Positions 1 through 10,554 of a stretch of DNA of 64,000 bases are shown here, piece by piece (the stretch's first letter is position 1; every line of letters starts with the position of its first letter). The stretch is taken from positions 59,360-123,359 of the forward strand of contig JBBQTF010000003.1 of assembly GCA_038234675.1 (NCBI GenBank), read 5' to 3'. The notes below the pieces were generated by a model. The model saw only the letters and a program-made list of their open reading frames with translations. It ran no database searches and was not told the DNA's origin. This DNA comes from Steroidobacterales bacterium. Its GTDB lineage: Bacteria; Pseudomonadota; Gammaproteobacteria; Steroidobacterales; Steroidobacteraceae. The position numbers were made by a program, and so were the translations under genes.

Positions 1-230
1 GCAAGCGGTGCGGGGCGGGCCTGGGTGAGGGGGGCGGGCGCCGTCAATGCGGGTGCGGTGCTGCCCAAAGCCGGAGTCCCGCCCGAGGCCGGCGATCCCG
101 GGGTTGCCGCGCTCGTGGCCGCCGGCTCTGCCGCCGGCGGGTAATCGTGCATCCAGGTGATGTAATTCATGAACAACGCCATGGCCAGCGTTGCCCACAA
201 GATTCCCCGGAGGTTACGCGTGCCGAACAT
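1..230 (-). CDS. yidC: membrane protein insertase YidC, N-terminal part (gene runs off the left edge)
   Basis: Reverse-strand translation from the ATG at 230 reads [32 protein letters not shown]..., a YidC-type N-terminal anchor. It lies downstream of rpmH-rnpA-yidD and overlaps the yidD 3' end by 17 nt. Confidence 0.7.
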   Translation of the reverse strand, partial: MFGTRNLRGILWATLAMALFMNYITWMHDYPPAAEPAATSAATPGSPASGGTPALGSTAPALTAPAPLTQARPAPL

Positions 231-465
231 GCGTCGCCTTGCGGCACTGTGCGGTGGGCACGGGATCCAAGCCGCCCGGATGAAGGGGATGGCAACGCCC
301 GATCCGGCGCAGCCCCAGCCACACGCCGTAGGGTACGCCGTGAATCTGCAGCGCCTCGAGCGTGTATTGCGAGCAGCTCGGGTAGAAACGGCAGCGTGGT
401 CCCAGCAGCGGACTGAGGCTCCGTTGGTACCCGCGTATCAGGCCTTGGAGGATCTTTGTGCCCAT
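214..465 (-). CDS. yidD: membrane protein insertion efficiency factor YidD
   Basis: 83-aa ORF with RFYPSCSQY...[10 protein letters not shown], the YidD signature. It sits between rnpA and yidC. Confidence 0.9.
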   Translation of the reverse strand: MGTKILQGLIRGYQRSLSPLLGPRCRFYPSCSQYTLEALQIHGVPYGVWLGLRRIGRCHPLHPGGLDPVPTAQCRKATHVRHA

Positions 466-821
466 GCTTCGTTAATCTGTTTCCACAACCGCTCCAGCGC
501 CTCGCGCAGGTCCCGCCCCGCCGCCGCCCGCGCGGCGGTGCGTGCGCCGATTACGATATCCACCGGCGGCAAACTCGGCTGCCGCAGCCGAAAACTCTCG
601 CGAATCTGCCGGCGCAGCCGATTACGGCTCACCGAGTTGCCCACCGCGCGCGCGGCAATCGAGAGCCCCAGGCGCGCGCTCGCAGATCCCTCGTTAGCGC
701 GGACCGAAGCGGTGAACAATTCGTTCCCGAACCGACGACCCTGGGCGTATGCGGCCTGGAACTGGGCCGGCCGACGCAGTCGCTGTGAGCGCTGAAACCG
801 CGTTGTGCCCACCGGCGCCAC
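438..821 (-). CDS. rnpA: ribonuclease P protein component
   Basis: 127-aa basic ORF directly downstream of rpmH, in the conserved rpmH-rnpA-yidD-yidC order. It overlaps the yidD start. Confidence 0.85.
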   Translation of the reverse strand: MAPVGTTRFQRSQRLRRPAQFQAAYAQGRRFGNELFTASVRANEGSASARLGLSIAARAVGNSVSRNRLRRQIRESFRLRQPSLPPVDIVIGARTAARAAAGRDLREALERLWKQINEAWAQRSSKA

Positions 822-853
822 GCTGCAAGTCCCAGACGCTCCAAGAAATTCTT

Positions 854-988
854 TTACGGGATCAGCCGCTTGCGCCCTTTGGCGCGTCGCCGGGCGAGTA
901 CCTTGCGGCCATTCTTGGTAGCCATGCGGGCGCGAAAACCGTGAGTACGCGCGCGTCGGACCTTGCTCGGCTGGTAAGTGCGTTTCAT
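854..988 (-). CDS. rpmH: 50S ribosomal protein L34
   Basis: The internal Met of the 854..1156 ORF gives [44 protein letters not shown] (44 aa), canonical L34. The upstream 56 codons of the tracked ORF are not L34-like. Confidence 0.95.
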   Translation of the reverse strand: MKRTYQPSKVRRARTHGFRARMATKNGRKVLARRRAKGRKRLIP

Positions 989-1030
989 GATGTTAACGAG
1001 GTCCGACAACTGACCGGAAAACGGGCGGGC

Positions 1031-1059
1031 AGGGTACGTTTGGGGACCAGCCGTGTCAA
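1031..1059 (-). promoter_or_regulatory. candidate sigma70 promoter of rpmH
   Basis: On the reverse strand: TTGACA (1059..1054), a 17-nt spacer, then TACCCT (1036..1031), about 40 nt upstream of the rpmH ATG. Confidence 0.4.
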
Positions 1060-1146
1060 TACACAAACGCTTTCTGGCCGGGTTCGGATCAGTATAGACT
1101 TCGACCCCTTTTCCCCGCACACCCACGCATATAGGCAGCCGCCCGC

Positions 1147-2478
1147 TTGAGCGCAACCTGGTCCCGCTGTGTCGGTGCGCTCGAGCACGAGCTGCCCGAG
1201 CAGCAGTTCAATACCTGGGTCAAGCCTCTCCAAGCCATCGAGAGCGGCACGGAGTTGCGCTTGCTCGCGCCCAACCGCTTTGTCGTCGACTGGGTCCGGA
1301 CTCATTTGCTCGAGCGGATCGAGAGCCTGTTGCTGGCCGACGGTGGCCTGCCCGTTTCTATCGAAATCGGTTCGCGCGAGCCTGCGGTGAGCGCCGTGCC
1401 CGCCTCGGCCGCGCCGCAATTTGGTATCAGCCCGCCCCCGACACCGGCGCAGTTTCTGGGCGTGCCGCTCAATGCCAACTTCAGCTTTGCCACCTTTATC
1501 GAAGGCAAGAGCAATCACTTCGCCAAGGCCGCCGCCCTGCAGGTCGCGGAGAATCCCGGTTCCGCGTACAACCCGCTGTTCATTTACGGGGGCGTCGGCT
1601 TGGGCAAGACGCATCTGATGCACGCGATCGGCCACTTGATTCGCGAACGCAATCCCGGTGCGCGAATCGCCTATCTGCACTCGGAGCGCTTTGTCAGCGA
1701 CATGGTGCGCGCCCTGCAGCACAACCGCATCAACGAATTCAAGAATACCTACCGCACGCTGCACGCCTTGCTGATCGATGATATTCAGTTCTTCGCCGGC
1801 AAAGATCGCTCGCAGGAGGAATTCTTTCACACCTTCAACGCGCTGATCGAAGGCCAGCACCAGGTGATCCTCACCTGTGATCGGTATCCCAAGGAAGTCG
1901 ACGGCCTCGAGGAGCGCCTAAAATCGCGTTTCGGCTGGGGCCTCACAGTAGCCATCGAGCCTCCGGATCTGGAAACCTGCGTTGCTATTTTGCTGGGCAA
2001 GGCGCAGTTCGTCGGAGTCGCATTACCTGAGGAAGTGGCGTTTTTTATAGCGAAATGCATCCGTTCAAACGTACGCGAGCTCGAAGGCGCGCTGCGTCGG
2101 GTCATCGCCAACGCCCGCTTCTTGGGTCGGCCAATCACACTGGATTTTGCGCGTGAGGCGCTCAAGGACCTGCTTACCCTGCAGGCGCGATTGGTGACGG
2201 TTGAAAATATTCAGAAAACCGTCGCCGACTACTACAAGGTGCGCATTGCAGACCTGCTATCGAAGCGCCGCAGTCGCTCGGTCGCACGACCTCGCCAGGT
2301 GGCGATGGCTCTGGCGAAGGAACTCACCACGCATAGCCTGCCGGAAATTGGCGATGCTTTCGGCGGACGCGATCACACCACGGTGATGCACGCCTGCAAA
2401 CGCATCCGTGAGCTGCGTGCCAGTGAGCCGCGCATCCAGGAGGACTTTTCAGCCCTGTTGAGAACCCTAGCGGGCTGA
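1147..2478 (+). CDS. dnaA: chromosomal replication initiator DnaA
   Basis: 443 aa with a TTG start. It has the Walker [14 protein letters not shown], an AAA+ core and the C-terminal DNA-binding region ...[15 protein letters not shown]. It is followed by dnaN-recF-gyrB. Confidence 0.97.
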   Translation: MSATWSRCVGALEHELPEQQFNTWVKPLQAIESGTELRLLAPNRFVVDWVRTHLLERIESLLLADGGLPVSIEIGSREPAVSAVPASAAPQFGISPPPTPAQFLGVPLNANFSFATFIEGKSNHFAKAAALQVAENPGSAYNPLFIYGGVGLGKTHLMHAIGHLIRERNPGARIAYLHSERFVSDMVRALQHNRINEFKNTYRTLHALLIDDIQFFAGKDRSQEEFFHTFNALIEGQHQVILTCDRYPKEVDGLEERLKSRFGWGLTVAIEPPDLETCVAILLGKAQFVGVALPEEVAFFIAKCIRSNVRELEGALRRVIANARFLGRPITLDFAREALKDLLTLQARLVTVENIQKTVADYYKVRIADLLSKRRSRSVARPRQVAMALAKELTTHSLPEIGDAFGGRDHTTVMHACKRIRELRASEPRIQEDFSALLRTLAG

Positions 2479-2524
2479 ACTGGCATATCCTGTGAGCAAT
2501 TATTCGAAGCTTTCTGCGCACAGT

Positions 2525-2533
2525 TCATCCACA
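2525..2533 (+). promoter_or_regulatory. DnaA-box-like 9-mer TCATCCACA (8/9 to TTATCCACA)
   Basis: This is the only near-consensus box I can see in the dnaA-dnaN spacer. Confidence 0.3.
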
Positions 2534-2675
2534 AGGTGCGTGCGCGGTTTGGGCTAACGCTTAAGATCTTGCTGGGCTGCTTTTTTCGATCGAACTGACA
2601 TGAAAACGGGTTGTCCCCGATCTTCACAGGCCTAATAATCATTACTGTCTTAACTCTTAAGAAGAAATAACTACT

Positions 2676-3773
2676 ATGAAAGTCTCCGCGTCGCGCGAAA
2701 GCCTGCTCGCACCGCTACAAAGCGTTATGGGCGTCGTTGAGCGCCGGCAGACCATGCCGGTGCTGGCGAACGTGCTGTTGGTCGCGCGCGGCGACAAGCT
2801 CACGGTCACCGGCACGGATCTCGAAGTGGAACTGGTTGCAGGGGCCGCGGTCACCGTGCAGCAGGCCGGAGACGTCACGGTACCGGGCCGAAAATTACTT
2901 GAGATCATGCGCACCCTTCCCGAGAAGGCGAGCGTGTCGCTGGCCCGCGAGGCCGAGCGCGTGGTCGTCAAGGCCGGGCGCAGCCGATTTACGCTCTCGA
3001 GCCTCCCTGCCAGCGAATTTCCGGTCATCGAGGAAATCAACGCCAAGCAGGTCATCCGCGTAGGCCGCGAACATTTTCGCCGCCTGATCGAGAAGACGCA
3101 TTTCGCTATGGCGCAACAGGACGTTCGCTACTACCTCAATGGCACCATGCTCGAAACATCGGGCAAGACGCTCCGCGCCGTAGCCACCGACGGCCATCGC
3201 TTATCGCTGGCCGAGACCGAGTTGGCAGCCGGCACCGAGGGCGGACAACAGGTTATCGTGCCCAGAAAAGGCATCTTGGAGCTCCAGCGCATCCTGGGTG
3301 GTGATGGGGAATTGGAACTCAGTATTGGCTCAAATCACGTTCGGGCCCAGATCGGCGACATTCGCTTCACTTCGAAGCTGATCGATGGAAAGTTTCCGGA
3401 GTACGGGCGAGTGATTCCGGCAAAACCTCCTTTTGCGATGAGTGCCGCCCGCGACATCCTGCGCCAGGCGCTGCAACGCACCTCGATTCTCTCGAATGAA
3501 AAATATCGCGGCGTGCGGCTCACATTTGCAAAAGATCTCCTTACAATTCAAGCACATAATCCAGAACAGGAAGAAGCTGAGGATCAGATTGAGGTGGGGT
3601 ACACGGGCACCGAGATGGAGATCGGTTTCAACGTAACCTATCTTCTGGACGCCCTAGCCGCGATCGACGTCGATACCGTGGAAGTGGCCCTCACTGATTC
3701 GAATTCGAGCTGTCTAATACGCGCGCCTGGAGAAAACTCGGTGAAGTTCGTCGTCATGCCCATGCGGCTCTAG
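2676..3773 (+). CDS. dnaN: DNA polymerase III beta sliding clamp
   Basis: 365 aa. It shows the N-terminal MKVSASRESLLAPLQ..., full three-domain length and the C-terminal ...FVVMPMRL. Confidence 0.97.
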   Translation: MKVSASRESLLAPLQSVMGVVERRQTMPVLANVLLVARGDKLTVTGTDLEVELVAGAAVTVQQAGDVTVPGRKLLEIMRTLPEKASVSLAREAERVVVKAGRSRFTLSSLPASEFPVIEEINAKQVIRVGREHFRRLIEKTHFAMAQQDVRYYLNGTMLETSGKTLRAVATDGHRLSLAETELAAGTEGGQQVIVPRKGILELQRILGGDGELELSIGSNHVRAQIGDIRFTSKLIDGKFPEYGRVIPAKPPFAMSAARDILRQALQRTSILSNEKYRGVRLTFAKDLLTIQAHNPEQEEAEDQIEVGYTGTEMEIGFNVTYLLDALAAIDVDTVEVALTDSNSSCLIRAPGENSVKFVVMPMRL

Positions 3774-3779
3774 CCCGGC

Positions 3780-4835
3780 GTGAGCTTGCTGGCACTCGAA
3801 GTCGAGGGCCTGCGCTGCCTGCAGCCAACCAAGCTCGAGCCACACTCACATGTCAACCTGATCACAGGCGCCAACGGCGCCGGCAAGACCTCTCTCCTCG
3901 AAGCCATTTACTTACTGGGCCGGGGACGCTCTTTCCGCACCCGCCAAACTGTAAAGCTGGTCGCGCACGCTTCCGAGCGTCTGTTCGTGTTCGGTCGCAC
4001 CGACTCACCCAACTTGCCGACCGTAGGCTTAGAATACGATCGTCAAACGGGGTTGCAAGCGCGGGTCGGCGGCCGGGAGGCTCGATCACTGGCCGAGCTA
4101 TCCGAAGCGCTGCCTGTTCAAGTTGTCGATCCAGGGATCCATCGACTGGTGGAAGAGGGGCCCGCCTATCGACGGCGCTGGTTGGATTGGGGTGTGTTCC
4201 ACGTGGAACCCGGTTTCGTGGATGCCTGGTCCGAGCATGCGCATACACTCAAGCAGCGCAACGCCGCGCTCAAGAGGCACGCCGATCCGAGCCCCTGGGA
4301 GCCCGCGCTGGTTCGTTATGGGACACTGTTGTCCTTGGCGCGCGCGCGTACCATGCAATTGCTCGAACCTTTCTGGCGCCAAACTCTTACGGCGCTGCTC
4401 GGGGAGCCCGTGGCATTGAGCTATTTCCAAGGGTGGCGGCAGGACGCGAGCCTGGCGGATACGCTCGAGGCGCAGCGGCCCCGCGACCTGGAAAGGGGGA
4501 GCACCGGGCAGGGCGCCCATCGTTTCGATGTTCGGCTGACGATCCACGAGCGCAGTGCTCGCGAAGTGCTCTCCCGTGGCCAGCAGAAATTGCTTGGAGC
4601 CGCCTTGGCCCTGTCAATGGCGCGGTTGGCTGGAAGTGAAGGTCGGCGGCCTCCGACTCTCTTGCTCGACGATCCGGCAGCGGAGCTGGATCGCCAACAT
4701 ACCGACGCGCTGGTGTCGGAAATCAGGACGCTGCGGGGGCAGTTGGTCGTCACGGCCTTGCACCCTGAGGAGGCTCGATTCGGAGACCCCGACAGGGCGT
4801 TTCACGTGGAACAAGGTCGCGTTACCACGCTATAA
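3780..4835 (+). CDS. recF: DNA replication/repair protein RecF
   Basis: 351 aa with a GTG start. It has the Walker A GANGAGKTSLLEA, the LSRGQQK signature and the Walker B LLLDD. Confidence 0.95.
   Translation: MSLLALEVEGLRCLQPTKLEPHSHVNLITGANGAGKTSLLEAIYLLGRGRSFRTRQTVKLVAHASERLFVFGRTDSPNLPTVGLEYDRQTGLQARVGGREARSLAELSEALPVQVVDPGIHRLVEEGPAYRRRWLDWGVFHVEPGFVDAWSEHAHTLKQRNAALKRHADPSPWEPALVRYGTLLSLARARTMQLLEPFWRQTLTALLGEPVALSYFQGWRQDASLADTLEAQRPRDLERGSTGQGAHRFDVRLTIHERSAREVLSRGQQKLLGAALALSMARLAGSEGRRPPTLLLDDPAAELDRQHTDALVSEIRTLRGQLVVTALHPEEARFGDPDRAFHVEQGRVTTL
4195..4210. promoter_or_regulatory. parS-like site TGTTCCACGTGGAACC
   Basis: 15/16 match to the palindromic ParB site TGTTNCACGTGNAACA. 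It lies inside recF, encoding the GVFHVEP motif. Confidence 0.55.
4798..4813. promoter_or_regulatory. parS-like site CGTTTCACGTGGAACA
   Basis: 15/16 match to TGTTNCACGTGNAACA. It lies inside the recF 3' end (AFHVEQG). Confidence 0.5.
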
Positions 4836-4838
4836 TAA

Positions 4839-7280
<2,442 letters not shown>

Positions 7281-7523
7281 CGCGCGGCTCCGGCGGCGTC
7301 GGGCGCCAGTGACTTCACACCATTCCATCGTGCGGGGTCGGCAACATGCGCACGCCGGATGGACATTAGCTGTCTTGCGGCGGCGCGCGCACAACCCCAC
7401 CCGGCGTGCTTTACTGACGTAAGGGTTTCAGCAATGATGTTTGCATACCGTGGCGGGCAGGCGTGCAACAGGGGCGGCGGCGACGTTGCTGACCGACACT
7501 CCGGCAGGACCGGCAAGGCAAAC

Positions 7524-7857
7524 ATGACTATTGCTTATGCTCTCGAGCCCAATCTCGCAGCCGCGGAGTTTCGCATGCTTTGCAATGGGGACGTCATCGT
7601 CACAGCGCGCGATGGCGAGCGCTTGATGGGCGTGACCAGGGCGATTACTGATTTTGCGTACTGCTGCGACCTATCGGATTTGGGGGATCGATGTCGCCTA
7701 CCAGCGCCAGGGCATAGGCAATCAACTGGTGGCGGAGACCCAGAGCGCGGCAGGGGAGAGGGCCTTATTGATGCTCATCTTGATGCTCATCGCCGCCCCG
7801 GCCGCGGAGGTTTATTATTCGAAGATCGGCAGGCAACAGATCAAAGCGCCTGGCTAA
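7524..7857 (+). pseudogene. GNAT-family N-acetyltransferase, frameshifted and apparently shortened
   Basis: Frame 1 (from the ATG at 7524) reads ...VIVTARDGERLMGVTRAITDFAYCCDLSDLG. Frame 2 continues IDVAYQRQGIGNQLV...AAPAAEVYYSKIG, the acetyl-CoA Q/RxxGxG motif. The switch falls in a G5 run at 7682..7686. The N-terminal part is shorter than usual for GNAT domains. Confidence 0.6.
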
Positions 7858-7902
7858 TTTCCACGAAGCGGCTAGCGGTGGGCGCCCGTTAAGTTCATAT
7901 CC

Positions 7903-9075
7903 ATGCCAGAAGCAGCCGTCAACGCAGATCCCACCGCCGGGCCCTACAATGGCCTCAAGCAGCTTGAGCACACGCTGGAGAGCTCCTGGTATTTCGACGC
8001 GCTTCATTACCAGCGCGAACTGTCCGGCATATGGCGACGTAACTGGGTGTACCTGTGCCGCGTCGATTCGCTCCCCGCTGCGCCATCATTCCGGAGCTTC
8101 AGCATCGGCGACCAGCCGGTGTTGCTAGTCCGCGACCAGGGGGGCGAAGTGAGAGCCTTCTACAACACCTGCCGGCATCGCGGTTCGATGCTCTGTGCGG
8201 CTCCTTCCGGGCGCCTGCCGACCGGCCAAATTACTTGCCCTTACCATGCCTGGAGCTACCGGCTCGATGGCTCGGTTGCAAAGATTCCCTCCAAGCGCCC
8301 GGAAGGGTACCTCGATACGCAGCAGCTTTCGCTGTACCCGATCGCGCTGAAGAATTGGCGCGGATTCCTCTACGTGAGTCTCGCTGCCGACTCGAATCCG
8401 TCCGCGGAGCATTTTAATGCGAACCGCGACACCTTTGGCAACTGGCCACTCGAGGAGCTGGCGGTCGGGCGCACGCTCACCAAGCGCCTCAACTGCAACT
8501 GGAAAATATTCTGGGAAAACTACAACGAATGTCTGCATTGCCCGGGTGTGCACCCGGCCTTGAGCAACCTGGTGCCCATCTACAAGCGCGGCATTATGGA
8601 ACCGCGCGACGATCCTGACTGGCGCGCGCACGCGGCAGCGGATGACCCGTGCTATGCCGGCGGCCTGCGACGCGGAGCTGAGACCTGGTCGCTCGACGGG
8701 CAGATCGTGGGCGCGCGCTTCGCGCGACTGACCGAAGAGGAAACGCGGCTCGGCTATCACTACATGACGAGTCTGCCTTCGCACTACGTGGTGTTGCATG
8801 TCGATCACGTGCGCTCCACACGTGTGCTGCCGCTGGGCCCGGAGTCGACCGAGCTGGAGATCGAATGGTTGTTTCCACGCGAGACACTGGCCGACCCGAA
8901 GGTGGACATCGGCCGCGCCTGCGACTTTTCCGCCCAGGTGATGGCCGAGGACGGGGCGGCGTGCGAGCTGGCCCAGCAGGGCCTGCACGCGGCGCCGCAT
9001 GTGCAAGGCCGGCTCCTGCCCGAGGATTACGACGTCTATCGATTCCAGCAATGGGTGCGCCAGCAGCTGAGCTGA
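7903..9075 (+). CDS. Rieske (2Fe-2S) non-heme iron oxygenase, alpha-subunit type
   Basis: 390 aa. It has the Rieske motif CRHRG...CPYHAWSY and the mononuclear-iron motif ENYNECLHCPGVH. No partner reductase or beta subunit is adjacent. Confidence 0.85.
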   Translation: MPEAAVNADPTAGPYNGLKQLEHTLESSWYFDALHYQRELSGIWRRNWVYLCRVDSLPAAPSFRSFSIGDQPVLLVRDQGGEVRAFYNTCRHRGSMLCAAPSGRLPTGQITCPYHAWSYRLDGSVAKIPSKRPEGYLDTQQLSLYPIALKNWRGFLYVSLAADSNPSAEHFNANRDTFGNWPLEELAVGRTLTKRLNCNWKIFWENYNECLHCPGVHPALSNLVPIYKRGIMEPRDDPDWRAHAAADDPCYAGGLRRGAETWSLDGQIVGARFARLTEEETRLGYHYMTSLPSHYVVLHVDHVRSTRVLPLGPESTELEIEWLFPRETLADPKVDIGRACDFSAQVMAEDGAACELAQQGLHAAPHVQGRLLPEDYDVYRFQQWVRQQLS

Positions 9076-9123
9076 ACGTCGAAAGAGGCGGTACAGTTTA
9101 TTAATCCACCCGCCCTCGATGTA

Positions 9124-10041
9124 GTGCTGCTGCTCTTGACGTTCGTGCTCGGCGCACTGCTGTCGCGCGTGAGCCTGTGCGCGGTCGCGGGAATGCAGCA
9201 AGCCGTTGCTTACGGCGATCTCACTGGCTTGAAGCGTTTAACACTCGCCACCTGCGGCGCGGGGCTGAGCCTATTGCTGCTGGCCGGCCTGCTGCCCGGG
9301 CAGGTTCGGCTGCCAAATGACATGCACTTGCACCTGAGCCTGATCGCGGGCGCTGTGTTGCTGGGACTTGGCGCGATGATTAACGGCGGCTGTTATCTGG
9401 GCAGCGTGCTGTACCTAGGAACGGGCAACCTCAATTTTCTGTTTACGCTCCTTGGACTGGGACTGGGTCTGCGTGGTGCCGCCGTGTGGTCGCCGCTCCC
9501 CTTTGCCGCGACGCCGATGTTCCGCATGGCGATGGGCTATCTGTGGATGGCGGGGCTGGGAGCGTTTGTGATTCTCATCGTCGTCCTCACTTGGCGCGGG
9601 CGTGGCAAGGGACAGTGGCTGGCACTGTGCGCAGGGCTGCTGGCCGGACTGGTGTACGCACGCCACCCCAACTGGAGCTATGGCTCAGCGCTCGAGGCGC
9701 TGGCGCGAGGACACACCGCTCTGACGCACTGGCGCGCACATGTCCCGGCATTCGCTCTATTCGCGGGTGCCATCGGCGCCGGCATTGTTGGCGGTCGGTT
9801 TAATCTTAAGTGGCCCAAGCCGGCGCGCGCGCTGCGCTGCCTTAGCGGTGGTGCGATCATGGGCTGCGGCGCGGCGCTGATTCCGGGAGGCAACGACAGT
9901 CTGCTGTTATGGGCCATACCGGGACTAACTGCGTATGGCGCGGTGGCCTTCGGCCTCATGCTCGGGGTGATGGCTGCGGGCTTCGGACTCTCGGCGCGCT
10001 GGCCGCGTGCCGCGGGTGGCCCGCAGACCCCGGGACAGTAA
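9124..10041 (+). CDS. YeeE/YedE-like polytopic membrane protein (sulfur-compound transporter family)
   Basis: 305 aa with a GTG start and many TM segments. It has a duplicated layout with conserved Cys loops (INGGCYLGS, IMGCGAALIPGGND). Confidence 0.5.
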   Translation: MLLLLTFVLGALLSRVSLCAVAGMQQAVAYGDLTGLKRLTLATCGAGLSLLLLAGLLPGQVRLPNDMHLHLSLIAGAVLLGLGAMINGGCYLGSVLYLGTGNLNFLFTLLGLGLGLRGAAVWSPLPFAATPMFRMAMGYLWMAGLGAFVILIVVLTWRGRGKGQWLALCAGLLAGLVYARHPNWSYGSALEALARGHTALTHWRAHVPAFALFAGAIGAGIVGGRFNLKWPKPARALRCLSGGAIMGCGAALIPGGNDSLLLWAIPGLTAYGAVAFGLMLGVMAAGFGLSARWPRAAGGPQTPGQ

Positions 10042-10050
10042 ACTAACGAC

Positions 10051-10554
10051 ATGCCACAGACCGCCAACCCCTATCACGCCCGCAGCCTGGATGGTCTGCG
10101 GCTCATCGGCCTGATCAAGCTCGGCAAGGCTGCGCTGGTGCTGGCCACTACTTATGGACTGTACCGGCTGCGCAAGCCGGACGTAGTTGACCATTTGTAT
10201 GACTGGCTCTACACGCTGACCGATAGTTTCGAGCGACGGCTCCTCGAACGGGGACTCGATTGGGTGGGCTCGCTTGGAGCCGACCGCATTCACAACATCG
10301 TCCTCGCCACGAGCGTGTATACGGGGATCCTTCTGGCCGAGGGCATAGGTCTGTGCATGCGCAAGACCTGGGCCGAGTGGTTTACGGTGGTCGCATCGGC
10401 CTCGCTGATTCCCTTCGAGCTATGGCACCTCTTCTCTGGTACACGCCACAACACGGCGGCGGTGCTGGCCGCGACGGTACTCAACGTGGCCATCGTGATC
10501 TATCTGGTGCGGGTCTTGCTGCGAGCACGTCGCGCGCGCCTGCGGCAGGCGTGA
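10051..10554 (+). CDS. DUF2127-like small membrane protein
   Basis: 167 aa with 3-4 TM helices. The pattern LRLIGLIKLGKAALVL...LAEGIGLCMRKTWAEW is typical of this family. Its TGA overlaps the next ATG (GTGATGG). Confidence 0.55.
   Translation: MPQTANPYHARSLDGLRLIGLIKLGKAALVLATTYGLYRLRKPDVVDHLYDWLYTLTDSFERRLLERGLDWVGSLGADRIHNIVLATSVYTGILLAEGIGLCMRKTWAEWFTVVASASLIPFELWHLFSGTRHNTAAVLAATVLNVAIVIYLVRVLLRARRARLRQA

Noticed and set aside
985-1860. Long ORFs antisense to, or out of frame with, recognised genes. Examples are 985..1860(-), 8125..9201(-), 16439..17788(-), 18596..19627(-), 25084..26247(-), 30560..31636(+), 43385..44335(+), 52366..53379(-) and 55557..56588(-).
   Set aside because: They completely overlap strongly conserved genes (dnaA, Rieske oxygenase, RND permease, ntrB, pyrD, cytochrome c4/S9, atpA/G, glmU). 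Their composition is Arg/Ala/Gly/His-rich and low in complexity, as is typical of open antisense frames in high-GC DNA. They show no recognisable motifs.
10260-10553. The 98-codon N-terminal extension of the hydrolase ORF as tracked (start at 10260).
   Set aside because: The extension overlaps the DUF2127 gene in another frame and is Gly/Arg-rich. The ATG at 10554 yields a signal-like N-terminus and a stop/start overlap with the upstream gene.
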